From the IMG/VR virus record IMGVR_UViG_3300031787_000017: a stretch of 64,000 bases of DNA; one strand, given 5' to 3'. Both the position numbers and the translations under genes were made by a program. Source of the DNA: an uncultured virus (IMG/VR IMGVR_UViG_3300031787_000017). Its lineage: Duplodnaviria; Heunggongvirae; Uroviricota; Caudoviricetes. Positions 19,656 through 30,358 of this stretch are shown one piece after another (position 1 is the first letter of the stretch; every line of letters begins with the position of its first letter). The notes under the pieces were generated by a model. It did no database searches and was not told the origin of the DNA. It saw only the letters and a list, made by a program, of their open reading frames with translations.

Positions 19656-20405
19656 TTAAGCAGCTTTCAACATAAAAGTAGGATATTTTACAAAGCCGGT
19701 CGTATCTTTTTTCGCTTTACCTTTTGCGTACAAACCGACCACAACACCTTTCGGATCAATAAAGCGCAAATCACTGTCATCGCCATTATATACGGGGCGA
19801 CCCATATATTCATCAGGCATCGATTCTGTTTTTTTCAACCCGAACACCACAGCTACATTATAACCTTGCTCGATAGCTTTTGCTACATCAGCATCATTAC
19901 CATCAGCAGCAGAAAATGTCAAGTGATAATTTTCAATATTTTGAATTTTACGACCAAGAATCTTGGTGTAATCATAAAATTGGACTTCAGGAAAAGCCGC
20001 AAAGATATTGCGATACAGTTTGCCTGCACGGACTACCTCATATTTTTCCCACGCGAGGTCGCTAGTACCATTCAAGCGGAATACAGGAATCAAATTAAGT
20101 TTAGCCGATTGTTTAATGGCTTTTTCAATATCTTTTACTAACCACTCAAAGAAGCCGTTACGCTCTTCGAAAAAGAATTGGGTTTTGCGAATTCGAGCTT
20201 GTTGAATAACATTAGTCGTTTCGCCTTTTTTGAACATACCGCCTCGACCAGCTGTATTCAAGCAAGCAGCAGTACACCCAGCGGTACGCTTAGGACATGT
20301 TTCAAAACCAGAAACATTTGCTGGTGCTAAATGAAGAATATAGGTATTATAACCTTGTTTCATTCCTTTTAACACTTTTGGGTTACCAGTAGAAAGAAGT
20401 TTCAT
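19656..20405 (-). CDS. Gene-product-88-like protein (Cys-cluster, radical-SAM-like)
   Basis: TCPKRTAGCTAACLNTAGRG, RLNGTSD, QFYDYTK, DGDDSDLRF-type motifs. Confidence 0.6.
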   Translation of the reverse strand: MKLLSTGNPKVLKGMKQGYNTYILHLAPANVSGFETCPKRTAGCTAACLNTAGRGGMFKKGETTNVIQQARIRKTQFFFEERNGFFEWLVKDIEKAIKQSAKLNLIPVFRLNGTSDLAWEKYEVVRAGKLYRNIFAAFPEVQFYDYTKILGRKIQNIENYHLTFSAADGNDADVAKAIEQGYNVAVVFGLKKTESMPDEYMGRPVYNGDDSDLRFIDPKGVVVGLYAKGKAKKDTTGFVKYPTFMLKAA

Positions 20406-20435
20406 AATTTATATCTCACTCAATCAACAAGACCA

Positions 20436-20484
20436 ATTATACAGGAGCCACGGAGGAAGGCAAGCATTATTTTTGTTATCAAAA
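20436..20484 (-). promoter_or_regulatory. Early sigma70 promoter cassette (copy A)
   Basis: CTTGCC..TGTATAAT; 47 of 49 bp identical to 43278-43326. Confidence 0.75.
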
Positions 20485-20495
20485 TAGAAATATTG

Positions 20496-20849
20496 TCATC
20501 TTCGCATCGTCGCCTGATCTTTAGCTTCTTCGTCCGTGAACACAGGAACCGCGTTGGACTTGTGGAGGGTGCCAATTCCCTTCATCGCTGTACCAGTGTA
20601 CTGGGTCACCTTGTCCTTGCGATTCCAGTTCGCCAGGCCGCCTCCAGAATCGACCGATTTTATATCGTAAGGGTTACGACCTTCTGGAATTGTCAATTTT
20701 GGAAACCTTGTCGATTTGACAATTTTCTTTTTGACAACTACTGGTTTTGCATGTTTATTAACTATTTTGTTCCAAGAATCTTGAAGCTCACGCTCTTTTG
20801 CGGTGAGCTTTTTCTTTTTCTTGGATTTTTGATAAGTGTAAATTATCAT
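20496..20849 (-). CDS. Conserved T4-like hypothetical protein
   Basis: YTG..GIGTLHKSNAVPVF..ATMRR motif. Confidence 0.7.
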   Translation of the reverse strand: MIIYTYQKSKKKKKLTAKERELQDSWNKIVNKHAKPVVVKKKIVKSTRFPKLTIPEGRNPYDIKSVDSGGGLANWNRKDKVTQYTGTAMKGIGTLHKSNAVPVFTDEEAKDQATMRR

Positions 20850-21387
20850 TAGCAGACAGGATCTTGCACTTCAATTTCAGAAATTAATTTATCTTGAATC
20901 GCAAAATTTAAATAATCGGATAAACGATTTGCATTTTCAGAATCAGAAATAAGTTCAGCCAGTAGTTTTAATTGCGCTGGTGTCATTTTCGAAATATTAT
21001 CGGCAGCAGCGACAACGATAAAAGTATTCAAATTTCCCATTACACAGCTCCAGTCCAACGAACACGGTCAAAGGTTTTTTCAATCACATTGCCTCGAGCA
21101 AAATTACGAGCAGGAGCATTCCACGAAGCAGCCATCAAAATGTCGCCTTTTTTAAATTTAGCGTCATCTTTCAAGCAAATGAAAGAATGTACAGAACAAC
21201 CGCCTTTTCTATCTTTAAAAACTTTGATATATTTTGAACCGGCGCTATATGTTAAACCATCACAAAAATCCTGGTACATTTCTTCCTGAATAGTATTACC
21301 AGGCGTCACCATAGTCAAATAGTCAGCTTTGATAGCTTCCAGATATGCATCTAAATTCGTTATCATTTTCTTAACCTTATCAATCAC
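20849..21387 (-). other. Two hypothetical early genes (20849-21040, 21040-21387)
   Basis: Second gene has the KGDILMAASWNAPARNFARGN motif. Confidence 0.6.
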
Positions 21388-21423
21388 TCAACAGGATCAA
21401 TTATACAGGAATAGGTAATAATG

Positions 21424-21849
21424 TCAAGCGGTTTGTTGTTGTTTTTCTGCAACAGCCTTAACATGTGAACAAGTTCTACGATACCCGAACCCTGTACAGT
21501 TGCAATTATAGAAACTTCCTGGAATGTTATAAGAAACGTAATATTCTTTACCTTTTGATAAGACTTTGAAATTACGTATATTTGCAGATTTGACAAGTTG
21601 CGGTTTTTGCAACTTGTTTTCTTTTTGATAATCTTTTGGTATCAAATTGGAAAGTTCTTTATTGACAACTTCGATAAACTTTCGATAACGCTTATCAAAA
21701 TCCCAACCATTTTTCAATTTGACAATATCACCAGTTTCGCCATTTGCAAAAGCGATAACTTTATTTTTCGGACTTATCAAATATATATGATTGCAAACTT
21801 GATAATTGCAATCTGACCAGTCCGTTATTTCTTTGAGAATTTTAAACAT
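21424..21849 (-). CDS. SWIM zinc-finger protein
   Basis: C-terminal CNCTGFGYRRTCSH. Confidence 0.7.
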   Translation of the reverse strand: MFKILKEITDWSDCNYQVCNHIYLISPKNKVIAFANGETGDIVKLKNGWDFDKRYRKFIEVVNKELSNLIPKDYQKENKLQKPQLVKSANIRNFKVLSKGKEYYVSYNIPGSFYNCNCTGFGYRRTCSHVKAVAEKQQQTA

Positions 21850-22229
21850 GCTTGGATTGTGTCACAAATCCTAGCATTTGTCAATAGGTGTTGTATTTTT
21901 ACAACATTAACCCTTTAACAACTGTTGTCCAGATTCTCTTTCCGATTCTTCGAATTCGGCTAATTTTAATCTATTCAATTGATCTTGAAGAATTTTTTTG
22001 TCGCCTTGAAAATTAGCGATTGTTACTTCAAGTTCTTTTATTTGTTTTTCTAAGATTTCTTTATAAGACATAACTATCCTTATCTTCTTTCATTAAACGA
22101 TAAAAACTTTTATCATGGTGTCTACTTTTTTCCTGTTTAGCTTTCTCACGATCTTGATTTTTTCTAAACTTAGTTTTTTGAGTTTTTTGATATTTTTGAC
22201 CACCGTGAATCATCTTGTTTTTTTCCTCC

Positions 22230-22793
22230 TTAAAAAACATTGTCTGCTATGCCAAGTTCTAAAAGTTCCTCTGTCGTAAACCAAACATCACTTGGCGGAA
22301 TAAGTTTAGTCTTAATTGTACGAGTGTCTAGTCCTGTACAACTCTTTAACAGAGATAACATTCTTTGATTTACTAAATCATTTTCTTTTGCAGCTGATTT
22401 TAGATCGTGATATTTTCCATCAAACCCGTTTGAGAATTGATGGCACATAACAGATGAAGATTTACTAATATACCTCTCACCTTTATGTCCTGCTGCAAAA
22501 ATTAAAAATGCTGATGAACAAACTGATCCTAGGCCGACCGTCTTTATTTTTTTCTTAGACTTTTTCATAATTTCAATTAGTGCAAAAGCATCCTCTAAAC
22601 TTCCACCATTTGAATTTATATAAAGTATTAAGTCGTTATTTCCTGGTATTAAATTTTCGTACATGATCCATTTGATCGTTTCTAATGTATTGTGTTCGTC
22701 AATATTACCATTTAAAAAATGTACATGATTCTTTAATAAGACTAAACCAATCTCATCTGAAGTAGTTGAAAAGTCAAGATTTTTTTCTGCCAT
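22230..22793 (-). CDS. clpP: ClpP-like protease subunit
   Basis: LYINSNGG, GSVCSSA (catalytic Ser), MCHQ (His), D-x-W..LELGIAD. Confidence 0.8.
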   Translation of the reverse strand: MAEKNLDFSTTSDEIGLVLLKNHVHFLNGNIDEHNTLETIKWIMYENLIPGNNDLILYINSNGGSLEDAFALIEIMKKSKKKIKTVGLGSVCSSAFLIFAAGHKGERYISKSSSVMCHQFSNGFDGKYHDLKSAAKENDLVNQRMLSLLKSCTGLDTRTIKTKLIPPSDVWFTTEELLELGIADNVF

Positions 22794-23733
22794 TTTTTTC
22801 CCAATTATATGCAGTTTTCACGATAGATGAAATGTCATGTTTAGGATCATAGTTTAATATTTTTTTAGCTAAATTGATATTTGAGACTAATTTTGGTGGG
22901 TCACCCGCACGGCGCGGATGATATTCTTTGAATACTTTTTGATTTGTATTTTTTTCAACTGCATCTATAACTTCCAATACTGAGTAACCTGTTCCTGTAC
23001 CTAAATTTAGTACATGAGATTTTTTTTCGGATAACAAATATTTTGCTGCGTCAACATGCACCTTCGCAACGTCAGATACATGTACATAATCCCTCACGCA
23101 AGTACCATCTTCAGTTTCATAATCCGAACCATATATTTCAAAACTATTTAGATTTTGTAGAATTTTAGGAATCAGATGAGTTTCTGGTTCGTGATTCTCA
23201 CCTATATCTCCTTCTTCATCAGCACCAGCTAAATTGAAGTATCGAAAAATTATGTAATTAAACCTGGATTGTTTTATAGCCAATTCTGATGCATATTTAC
23301 TACCAGCATAAGGATTGTTTAAAGGATTTAACTCATCTTCTTCAATTAGTGGATCATCTTTTGATTGATACAATCCGGCAGTTGAAGAATAAATGATATT
23401 TTCACATCCATATTTTTTCATCAAAAGTAATAGTGTACAAGTTCCACCAGTATTTGTATGGTAGTAATAAGTTGGTTTATTTACCGATTCACCTACTTCT
23501 ATTTCACCAGCGAAGTGAAACACTATGTCAAAATTGTTTTTTTTCCAAAAAAAATGATTCATCTTTTCATAGTCACAAATATCAACTTGTGCAAAATGAT
23601 CATAATACTTATGATTAGGTTCTTTTAAATCAAGTATCGTAACATTCCAGTTCTCATGTTTCAACATTTTACAAACGTGAGAACCTAGATATCCTGAACC
23701 TCCTGTAACAAGTACTTTAGGTCTAGAAAACAT
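22774..23733 (-). CDS. galE: UDP-glucose 4-epimerase
   Basis: VTGGSGYLGSH, HFAG..VGES, YAGSK, RYFNLAGA, DGTCVRDYVHV; start moved to MFSR. Confidence 0.9.
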   Translation of the reverse strand: MFSRPKVLVTGGSGYLGSHVCKMLKHENWNVTILDLKEPNHKYYDHFAQVDICDYEKMNHFFWKKNNFDIVFHFAGEIEVGESVNKPTYYYHTNTGGTCTLLLLMKKYGCENIIYSSTAGLYQSKDDPLIEEDELNPLNNPYAGSKYASELAIKQSRFNYIIFRYFNLAGADEEGDIGENHEPETHLIPKILQNLNSFEIYGSDYETEDGTCVRDYVHVSDVAKVHVDAAKYLLSEKKSHVLNLGTGTGYSVLEVIDAVEKNTNQKVFKEYHPRRAGDPPKLVSNINLAKKILNYDPKHDISSIVKTAYNWEKNGRKKS

Positions 23734-23734
23734 A

Positions 23735-24487
23735 TTACGCAACGATTCGAATGCCAGGTCCAATTTCATCAATAGTTTTAGTTCTATAAAGCCAAGGATA
23801 GTTTTTATTATACTTTTCCTCAGTAACTTTGTTTCCTTTTTCAAAGAATTCTAAGTTTACTGAATTCTCATTACCATCAAGTCTATAACACAACGAATAC
23901 TGGTTTGAACATTCAAATTTAGGAAAATTTCTTTTTAGATGGGTGAAAAATTGCCTATCGGCACCCCACTGGCCATACCAGGCGTGGCCAATAGCAACAG
24001 CAACGTCACGCCTAACAGCAAAACTTGAGGTATCAATATGAAATACTTCATCATTAAAATAAACAGGCCATTTGCCAAGCGATTCACAATTGTCCTCACA
24101 GAGATATTCTCCTTCTTTGTTGTAAATTTTTCTTAACGAATAAGCCCACTGGTTTCCTTCTTGAAGTACCTTAACCAATTCCTCAATGTGATTAGGCTCA
24201 ATCCAATTATCTTCATCGAGGTAACATATAACATCAGCATTGACAAGAAAACTACATGCAGCATATACACGATGCCCATACCAACCTTTTCCCACATTTT
24301 CTTCAAGGCGGACTGTTTTGACCTTTGTCGCACCCTCAAGTTGATGCCAAATTTTATTACCATACTCTTTTTCACCATCAAGAAAAATATAATGTGTCAA
24401 ATTTTCATATGTTTGTTCATCAACAGATTGAATACATTGACTTAATGTTTCAGATCCAATCGTTGGAGTTACAACAGCTACCTTCAT
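23735..24487 (-). CDS. Glycosyltransferase family 2
   Basis: VAVVTPT..CIQSV..Q; YLDEDNW (DxD). Confidence 0.8.
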   Translation of the reverse strand: MKVAVVTPTIGSETLSQCIQSVDEQTYENLTHYIFLDGEKEYGNKIWHQLEGATKVKTVRLEENVGKGWYGHRVYAACSFLVNADVICYLDEDNWIEPNHIEELVKVLQEGNQWAYSLRKIYNKEGEYLCEDNCESLGKWPVYFNDEVFHIDTSSFAVRRDVAVAIGHAWYGQWGADRQFFTHLKRNFPKFECSNQYSLCYRLDGNENSVNLEFFEKGNKVTEEKYNKNYPWLYRTKTIDEIGPGIRIVA

Positions 24488-25249
24488 TTATTTCCTCTCA
24501 ATATCTTCTTCATTGCACTCCTCACCATATTGTATTTCAACTATTCTACACGGAGTTTCATACGGATTACAAAGTTGATGCCACTCACCCAATGGCACAA
24601 AATATGTATCGTGTTTAAATAAAATTTTTGTAGGCATGTCATATCCACCAGGCAACATACTTTTAACGTCACATTGCCCTTCAGTAACGACCCAATATTC
24701 CCGTCGTTTTTTATGTCTTTGCATACTTAACTTCTGTCCAGGATTTACAGTTAGTTCTTTAACTTTAGTTCCAGGAACTTCATGTAAAACTCTATAGTAA
24801 CCCCAAGGTCTTTCTGTTTTGGGTGATTTCCATTCGTTTAGAATCCAACTACTTGAATTTTTCTTGTCCTCACCACCAACACCAAAAACAAAAGAAACAT
24901 CAGATACCTTCATCTCAGGTATATTTTCTTTTGTTCTATCACCACCATTAGCAAATATAATTTCATATTTACCAAAAGTCCAATAATAATCTTTTATTCG
25001 TTCCAGTAACTCACATGCAGTATCATCAGAGTCATCAAACTCCCAAACAGCATCAACCCATTTAATAGATTCTAAGACTTTTTTTCTTTCTTGTAGAGGC
25101 ATGAATTCTTTGCCTTTTTTGCGGCGAAGCCAATCATCAGAATTCACACCAACAATTAGCATGTCACCCAAAGCAGAAGCCTTCTTTAAGAGTTCAATAT
25201 GTCCAGAGTGAACGGGATCAAAACCACCAGACACTACAACAATTTTCAT
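24488..25249 (-). CDS. Cytidylyltransferase-like (RfaE/TagD) fused to mannose-6-phosphate isomerase cupin
   Basis: SGGFDPVHSGH, FANGGDR, NSSS; C-terminal RPWGYY..LSMQRH..EIQYG..EEDIER. Confidence 0.8.
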   Translation of the reverse strand: MKIVVVSGGFDPVHSGHIELLKKASALGDMLIVGVNSDDWLRRKKGKEFMPLQERKKVLESIKWVDAVWEFDDSDDTACELLERIKDYYWTFGKYEIIFANGGDRTKENIPEMKVSDVSFVFGVGGEDKKNSSSWILNEWKSPKTERPWGYYRVLHEVPGTKVKELTVNPGQKLSMQRHKKRREYWVVTEGQCDVKSMLPGGYDMPTKILFKHDTYFVPLGEWHQLCNPYETPCRIVEIQYGEECNEEDIERK

Positions 25250-25678
25250 TTACGCCTCAAAAGGTAAATCTGGATAAACTTCTTTGATGAATTTTTTGGT
25301 TAAAAATTTGATCTTTAAATCTTTTTTCAACATTCGCACATAAAGATCCGCTTCATCTTTGTGTAAAGTTTCTAAGAGAATTAATAGTAGTTCAGTTTGT
25401 TTTTTTGGTTTTAGTCCATTAGCCCTTTTGGGATGACCAACAATAAATCTGTAGGTTCTTTCTAACTCAGAATCAAGATATGCATTATTTAATCCGGCTG
25501 GATCCAATGAAGGTTTGTATTCAGGTATTTCTACATCAAATACAATATTTGGATTAAAAACATAATTAAAAAATTCTTTAAACGTTGGATGTTCAAATCT
25601 TTTTAATACATCAATTTTTTCTTTTTTTGTTGGAGCCTTCTCAAACATATCAAGAATCTCCGAATAAAGATATTCCAT
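25250..25678 (-). CDS. Conserved T4-like hypothetical protein
   Basis: LLETLHKDEADL motif; follows rnh. Confidence 0.6.
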   Translation of the reverse strand: MEYLYSEILDMFEKAPTKKEKIDVLKRFEHPTFKEFFNYVFNPNIVFDVEIPEYKPSLDPAGLNNAYLDSELERTYRFIVGHPKRANGLKPKKQTELLLILLETLHKDEADLYVRMLKKDLKIKFLTKKFIKEVYPDLPFEA

Positions 25679-25686
25679 TTTAGTCC

Positions 25687-26547
25687 TTAAAATTCGTCAA
25701 TCACTTCAATCAGGTTTTTAAGACGATTGGAGATCATGTAGTTCATAAATTCATTTTTACTTTTCGGTTTCACACTATCATATCTATCTAAAATTTTCTC
25801 AACAAGACTTTCTGGTATTTTAGTTAAATCGATTAACATTTCATTACGATTATAGTTGCGGAACATTTCTTCATTACAAAAATCTTTCGCTTCTTGGTTC
25901 AACCAATTTATAATTTTTGCTTCTGTTATTGGTTTTTGCCTGCCGCCTGTAGTGAATACATCATCTTTAGAAAGAATATTCGGAATACCATCACCCTTAT
26001 CACCACGAATAATTAGTTGTTTGAGTTGAAGAAGTGGTAAAGGTTCTTTAATGTATTTTTTAAGAATTGGAGAATACTGTTCAACATTTGGAAATCTTTG
26101 CAGTTGAGCAAAGTCTTTATCCGAAGAAAGTATCATGACGTTTTGTGTTGAAGAATGTTTCATCGTCAAAACAGCAATAATATCATCCGCCTCACAAGTA
26201 TCAACATCGATAACTTTATAAGGCGAATGATCTTTTAATTCCTGTTTAATTTTACCTAGAACTTCAAAAATAGAAGTCCAGTCATGACCCGAGGCATCTC
26301 GACTTTTCTTCCTTGAAGCTTTATATTCTGGAAATATATCACGGCGCCAGTAGTTTTTATTATCACAAGCAATAATAACTTCTGGTCCGTATTTTTCTTT
26401 AAACTTTTTTACATAGGTACGAATCACATTTAGAATCATGTGTCGTACCAAATCTTCTTCAACAGGTTTTTTAGAAGAACCGATTTGTTCCATTAGTGAC
26501 GAAATTGCCACTTGATTGTAATCAAAGATAATCATTTTGTTTTTCAA
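25687..26547 (-). CDS. rnh: T4-type RNase H (5'-3' exonuclease)
   Basis: YWRRDIFPEYKASR, EADDIIA, ILSSDKDFAQLQ, GDKGDGIPN. Confidence 0.92.
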   Translation of the reverse strand: MKNKMIIFDYNQVAISSLMEQIGSSKKPVEEDLVRHMILNVIRTYVKKFKEKYGPEVIIACDNKNYWRRDIFPEYKASRKKSRDASGHDWTSIFEVLGKIKQELKDHSPYKVIDVDTCEADDIIAVLTMKHSSTQNVMILSSDKDFAQLQRFPNVEQYSPILKKYIKEPLPLLQLKQLIIRGDKGDGIPNILSKDDVFTTGGRQKPITEAKIINWLNQEAKDFCNEEMFRNYNRNEMLIDLTKIPESLVEKILDRYDSVKPKSKNEFMNYMISNRLKNLIEVIDEF

Positions 26548-26563
26548 TTAGTTTGTGAAGTAT

Positions 26564-27454
26564 TTAGTCAATCTCCACATACTTTAGTTTAAAAGTATCG
26601 GCACGTTCTTCGTAACCATCGTACCCTCTAGGATTACATACAACTCTTGTCGTACCAATCATATAGTCAAAATCCTCATGGGTATGTCCATGAGTCCATA
26701 ATTTGATCTGCCTACGATCTAGAATAAAGTTATCCAGATTAGTACTGTATGCGCCATTCATTATAACTTCTTTTTTATAACGTGGATGTGTACTTGCCTT
26801 ACTTGGTGCATGATGTCCAACAACTACAAACTGATGATTTGGATATAAACCAAGAGCAAGATCAAGTCCTTTTAAAAATTCTTTATGGTCGATCACAGTA
26901 TCTTCTGGAGTAAACTGAGCAGTTTTTTCTTTAAAAATAAAACTTTCTTTATTATTTTCATCGAAAACTGGCACACGATATTGAACCATCTTTGAAGAAT
27001 TATCTACTCCTCTATAGTCATTCATACAGTAAGCCATTTCTCGCATTGTTCTTGGATCTTCATTATTCATATCAGTCCATAATGTACCACCATAAAAAAA
27101 GACACCGTTGATATTGATCCAATCTTTATCTAGAAAATAAAAATTTTTCAAATCACCAAATGTTCCTTTAATAAGTTTATCACTTTCGGCAAAATCACCG
27201 TGATAGTGTTCATGATTTCCCATGATATAAATTACAAAAGGAAATCTTTCGCAACAACGATTGATAAAATTTATATATCTTTCAGCACGTAAAGACAATG
27301 TTTCTGTCACTTTAACAATCGGTGATCCTGCACCTTTTAAATCTTCTGCAACGAGAATATCTCCACCAAGAATCAAAACGTCAGCACCTTCATCATTGTG
27401 AAGGTCTAAGTCTCCAAATTCTAGGTGAAGATCACTGCAAACTGCAATTTTCAT
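26564..27454 (-). CDS. Calcineurin-like metallophosphoesterase
   Basis: SDLHLE, GD, GNHE, HHAP, HGHTH, CNPRGY. Confidence 0.85.
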   Translation of the reverse strand: MKIAVCSDLHLEFGDLDLHNDEGADVLILGGDILVAEDLKGAGSPIVKVTETLSLRAERYINFINRCCERFPFVIYIMGNHEHYHGDFAESDKLIKGTFGDLKNFYFLDKDWININGVFFYGGTLWTDMNNEDPRTMREMAYCMNDYRGVDNSSKMVQYRVPVFDENNKESFIFKEKTAQFTPEDTVIDHKEFLKGLDLALGLYPNHQFVVVGHHAPSKASTHPRYKKEVIMNGAYSTNLDNFILDRRQIKLWTHGHTHEDFDYMIGTTRVVCNPRGYDGYEERADTFKLKYVEID

Positions 27455-28530
27455 TTTACTATCCTTAGTAGTATCGTATCTTCATTTAATCTTCCACTCA
27501 GAGGTGCTGCAACAGCTTTAATTCCATCAATTGCATTTCTCAAATAAACTTTTCCACCTTTAAGTATCTCGGGTAAAGTAACTTCAGGTTTACGCAGTTT
27601 TTTCTGAATCGATTTATCTTCACTGTAATTCTGAAGCGAACTTCCTTTGATACTTAGGCCACCTGCATCACTGGCGTGATAAACGCCAAGTTTTCTAGTT
27701 TTGGTATTGTAGACCCAAAGTTGCATAGTTCCTATTATACTCTTAATATCGATGGAAGTCAAGTTTAATTCTTTAAACTCTTGGCAAATTTTAACTTTTG
27801 CCGTAAGTTGTTCTGCTGTTTTTACCTTACGTTTCCTTGGTTTTCTAGATTTTACAGCTTCACCCGAAATCTTATTTGCATCCAAAATAACTTGATCACA
27901 GAAAGCAATAAGTTTTTTCAAATCAGTTTTTTTGAAATTTGAATAACCTTCTTTTATTTCTGGATCAGTAGTACTTATAACCAAATCGTATTCACCACGA
28001 ACCTTCTTAAATCTATCTATGACATGTTTTGTATGCACACTTTTTATTTCCATCGTATGCATTATACTGTAAGGTGATACATTTTCAGTAAATCTGGAAT
28101 CAATTAAAATGTCAATCATTCCTTCCAATTCACCAACACACTCACTTGCTTTTTCTTTGATTCTATCTTGGATGTTAGGTGTATTAACTTTATTTGTTTT
28201 ATCTTCAACAACTTTTTTTGTCGAAACTTTCTTTTTAACATCTTCAACTTCAGAATCAAACCACTCTTGATCTTTTTGAGATAAAATTCCACCATTAGAA
28301 ACTATTCTACACACGAAACCAAAAGTTGGTGGTTTCGTTTTAGTTATATCGGAAATATTCATCTTAAATTTTTTCTTAAAATAGTCAGAAGCGTATTTCT
28401 GAGAATCTTTCGAATCTTTATTTTGTGAATACCAGGATAAAGCTTTAGAAAGATCAATTTGTGTCAATTCTGTTGAAAATTTCGGTTCTGCGCCTGCAAA
28501 CTTTTGATTAGCATCGAGCATACGTGCCAT
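27451..28530 (-). CDS. Conserved hypothetical protein of large T4-like phages
   Basis: LWVYNTKTRKLG..KKLRKPE..GRLNEDTILLR; start moved to MARM. Confidence 0.65.
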   Translation of the reverse strand: MARMLDANQKFAGAEPKFSTELTQIDLSKALSWYSQNKDSKDSQKYASDYFKKKFKMNISDITKTKPPTFGFVCRIVSNGGILSQKDQEWFDSEVEDVKKKVSTKKVVEDKTNKVNTPNIQDRIKEKASECVGELEGMIDILIDSRFTENVSPYSIMHTMEIKSVHTKHVIDRFKKVRGEYDLVISTTDPEIKEGYSNFKKTDLKKLIAFCDQVILDANKISGEAVKSRKPRKRKVKTAEQLTAKVKICQEFKELNLTSIDIKSIIGTMQLWVYNTKTRKLGVYHASDAGGLSIKGSSLQNYSEDKSIQKKLRKPEVTLPEILKGGKVYLRNAIDGIKAVAAPLSGRLNEDTILLRIVK

Positions 28531-28545
28531 TTTAAATCTCCAATA

Positions 28546-28612
28546 AAAAACCCGCCTGAATTTTAGACTTACACTATTATATAGCATTTCAGTCTAAATG
28601 TCAAGCGGGTTA
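28546..28612 (-). terminator. Intrinsic terminator with an embedded sigma70 promoter
   Basis: Long inverted repeat with U-tract; contains TTGACA-N17-TATAAT. Confidence 0.7.
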
Positions 28613-28650
28613 TGTTATCAAAATATTAATACTGTTGTTTTTTTACAACA

Positions 28651-29427
28651 CTAGTTTTCGCAATCTATCCACTTTAAATTATTGTAATGTTGATAAGGCC
28701 AAGTGCCTTTCGGTATTAAACATTTACCCAATTCTGGTTGATGTTCTACTCTAACTTGAACTATTGCCCAAACTAACCAAATAAAATATAAAATAGCTAA
28801 ACTGCTCATACTCCAACACATAATTTTATATTGCAATCTTTTTTTGCGGCGAGCTTTTATTTTCGATTTTTCTGCATTTTTTCTCATTTCAGCAGCAATA
28901 ACAATACTTTGTTCTTTGCCAACTTTTCTCATCATTTCTTCAACATCAAGATACAACGGACCTAACTCTGGTGGACTTTGATAGACCATAATTTCACGCA
29001 ATTCTGCACTCATGTGTTCCAGTTGTTTTTTAAGTAGTACACGCATCAAAGCCCGTTTACCTAAACTATCTTCACCGTGATATACTTCAGTTCGACTGCG
29101 GCGTTCTTCTTCCTCAAACACAGCTAAACATTTGTAATAGTTGTCGAAATACACACCTAAGTGTTGTCCTATTTGTGTATAGATATCGGTTGTCTCACCA
29201 CCCTTTTTGTTTAATTCAATTATTCGATTTTTCTCCGTGACGAACTGATTACGTTCAGCCACGGTTGGAGGATGATCTTTAAATTTACTATTGAATTGGT
29301 CGTCAAGATCCTTGAGAACATCTTTAATGTCCCCAGCAGCTCCTTGAATGTCCTTGTAAAGTTTACAACCTTCTTTTACAAGTTTAACCGCACCGTTTGC
29401 TAAAGCAAAAAGTGTTAGTGGATCCAT
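28651..29427 (-). CDS. Hypothetical membrane-anchored coiled-coil protein
   Basis: MDPLTL.. N-terminus; C-terminal TM helix. Confidence 0.6.
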   Translation of the reverse strand: MDPLTLFALANGAVKLVKEGCKLYKDIQGAAGDIKDVLKDLDDQFNSKFKDHPPTVAERNQFVTEKNRIIELNKKGGETTDIYTQIGQHLGVYFDNYYKCLAVFEEEERRSRTEVYHGEDSLGKRALMRVLLKKQLEHMSAELREIMVYQSPPELGPLYLDVEEMMRKVGKEQSIVIAAEMRKNAEKSKIKARRKKRLQYKIMCWSMSSLAILYFIWLVWAIVQVRVEHQPELGKCLIPKGTWPYQHYNNLKWIDCEN

Positions 29428-29433
29428 TTTAGA

Positions 29434-29649
29434 CTATTTTCTTTTTTTACTTTCTACCGCATCTTTTAACATATCTTTAAAAAGTTTGACGGTATTTTGT
29501 TTATTTTTCTCTGCAAACATTTTCACTACGATTAACTTATCATCGTAACTTTTCGCATTATCTAAAAATTCTTCCGGTACTGCAAGTTTTTTCTTTTTTG
29601 GTTTAAATTTACTTAAGTCAGGTTTTATATCTTCCGAACTATCGGACAT
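29434..29649 (-). CDS. Hypothetical protein
   Basis: ORF track; abuts the next gene. Confidence 0.5.
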   Translation of the reverse strand: MSDSSEDIKPDLSKFKPKKKKLAVPEEFLDNAKSYDDKLIVVKMFAEKNKQNTVKLFKDMLKDAVESKKRK

Positions 29650-29811
29650 TTTGGTTACCCTTGATTGTTGTCATATCAAACAACGCAAGTAAAACAAAGA
29701 ATTATGAGAACGGCACAACCTAAGTTGCGGTCAAGACACTTGATAATATACACCAAGTTTGAGGTGGATCATTATTACTATTTAGTATTAATAATAGTAG
29801 TTTGGAATGTA

Positions 29812-29836
29812 AGTGGGAACTAACGTAGTTCCCACT
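29812..29836. terminator. Hairpin downstream of ahpD
   Basis: AGTGGGAACTA-ACG-TAGTTCCCACT, 11-bp stem. Confidence 0.6.
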
Positions 29837-29839
29837 GTT

Positions 29840-30358
29840 TTAATTGGCTAAAACGCTTGCGACACTTTTCATTACTGCGGCGATACGACCAATATCTCTG
29901 AGTTGTTCGACCGTATAACCTTCTTTCTTTAAAGTCTCATAATGAGCTTTTACACAGAAATGACATTTACCAACAATACTTGCAGCTAAACTGTAAGCCT
30001 CAAATCTTGCTTTAGTTGTGCCACCGTGATTTGCGATAGCATTCATACGTAGTTGCGCTGGAAGTCCAGAAAGATTTGGATCATCAGCCATTTCAACATA
30101 GGGATACCAAACGTTATTTTGCGCCATAATTGCACCAGCAGTAAGTGCAGCATCAGCTTCTTTGCGATCCGATATTTGCAAATGAAGCCATGTCCAAAAT
30201 TTCGAATTACCTGTTGCAAACGCTGCTGCAAGTGCTACTGCCTCTGCTTCTTCTACTGGTAATGTGCTACGCTTAATTACTGCATCAATATTAAGTTTTG
30301 TATCCTTAGCATAATCAGGAATACTTACTTCTTTTAACGAATCTACCCACGTTGTCAT
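29840..30358 (-). CDS. ahpD: Alkyl hydroperoxide reductase AhpD
   Basis: IPDYAKDTKLN, MAQNNVWY, SLAASIVGKCHFCVKAH. Confidence 0.9.
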   Translation of the reverse strand: MTTWVDSLKEVSIPDYAKDTKLNIDAVIKRSTLPVEEAEAVALAAAFATGNSKFWTWLHLQISDRKEADAALTAGAIMAQNNVWYPYVEMADDPNLSGLPAQLRMNAIANHGGTTKARFEAYSLAASIVGKCHFCVKAHYETLKKEGYTVEQLRDIGRIAAVMKSVASVLAN

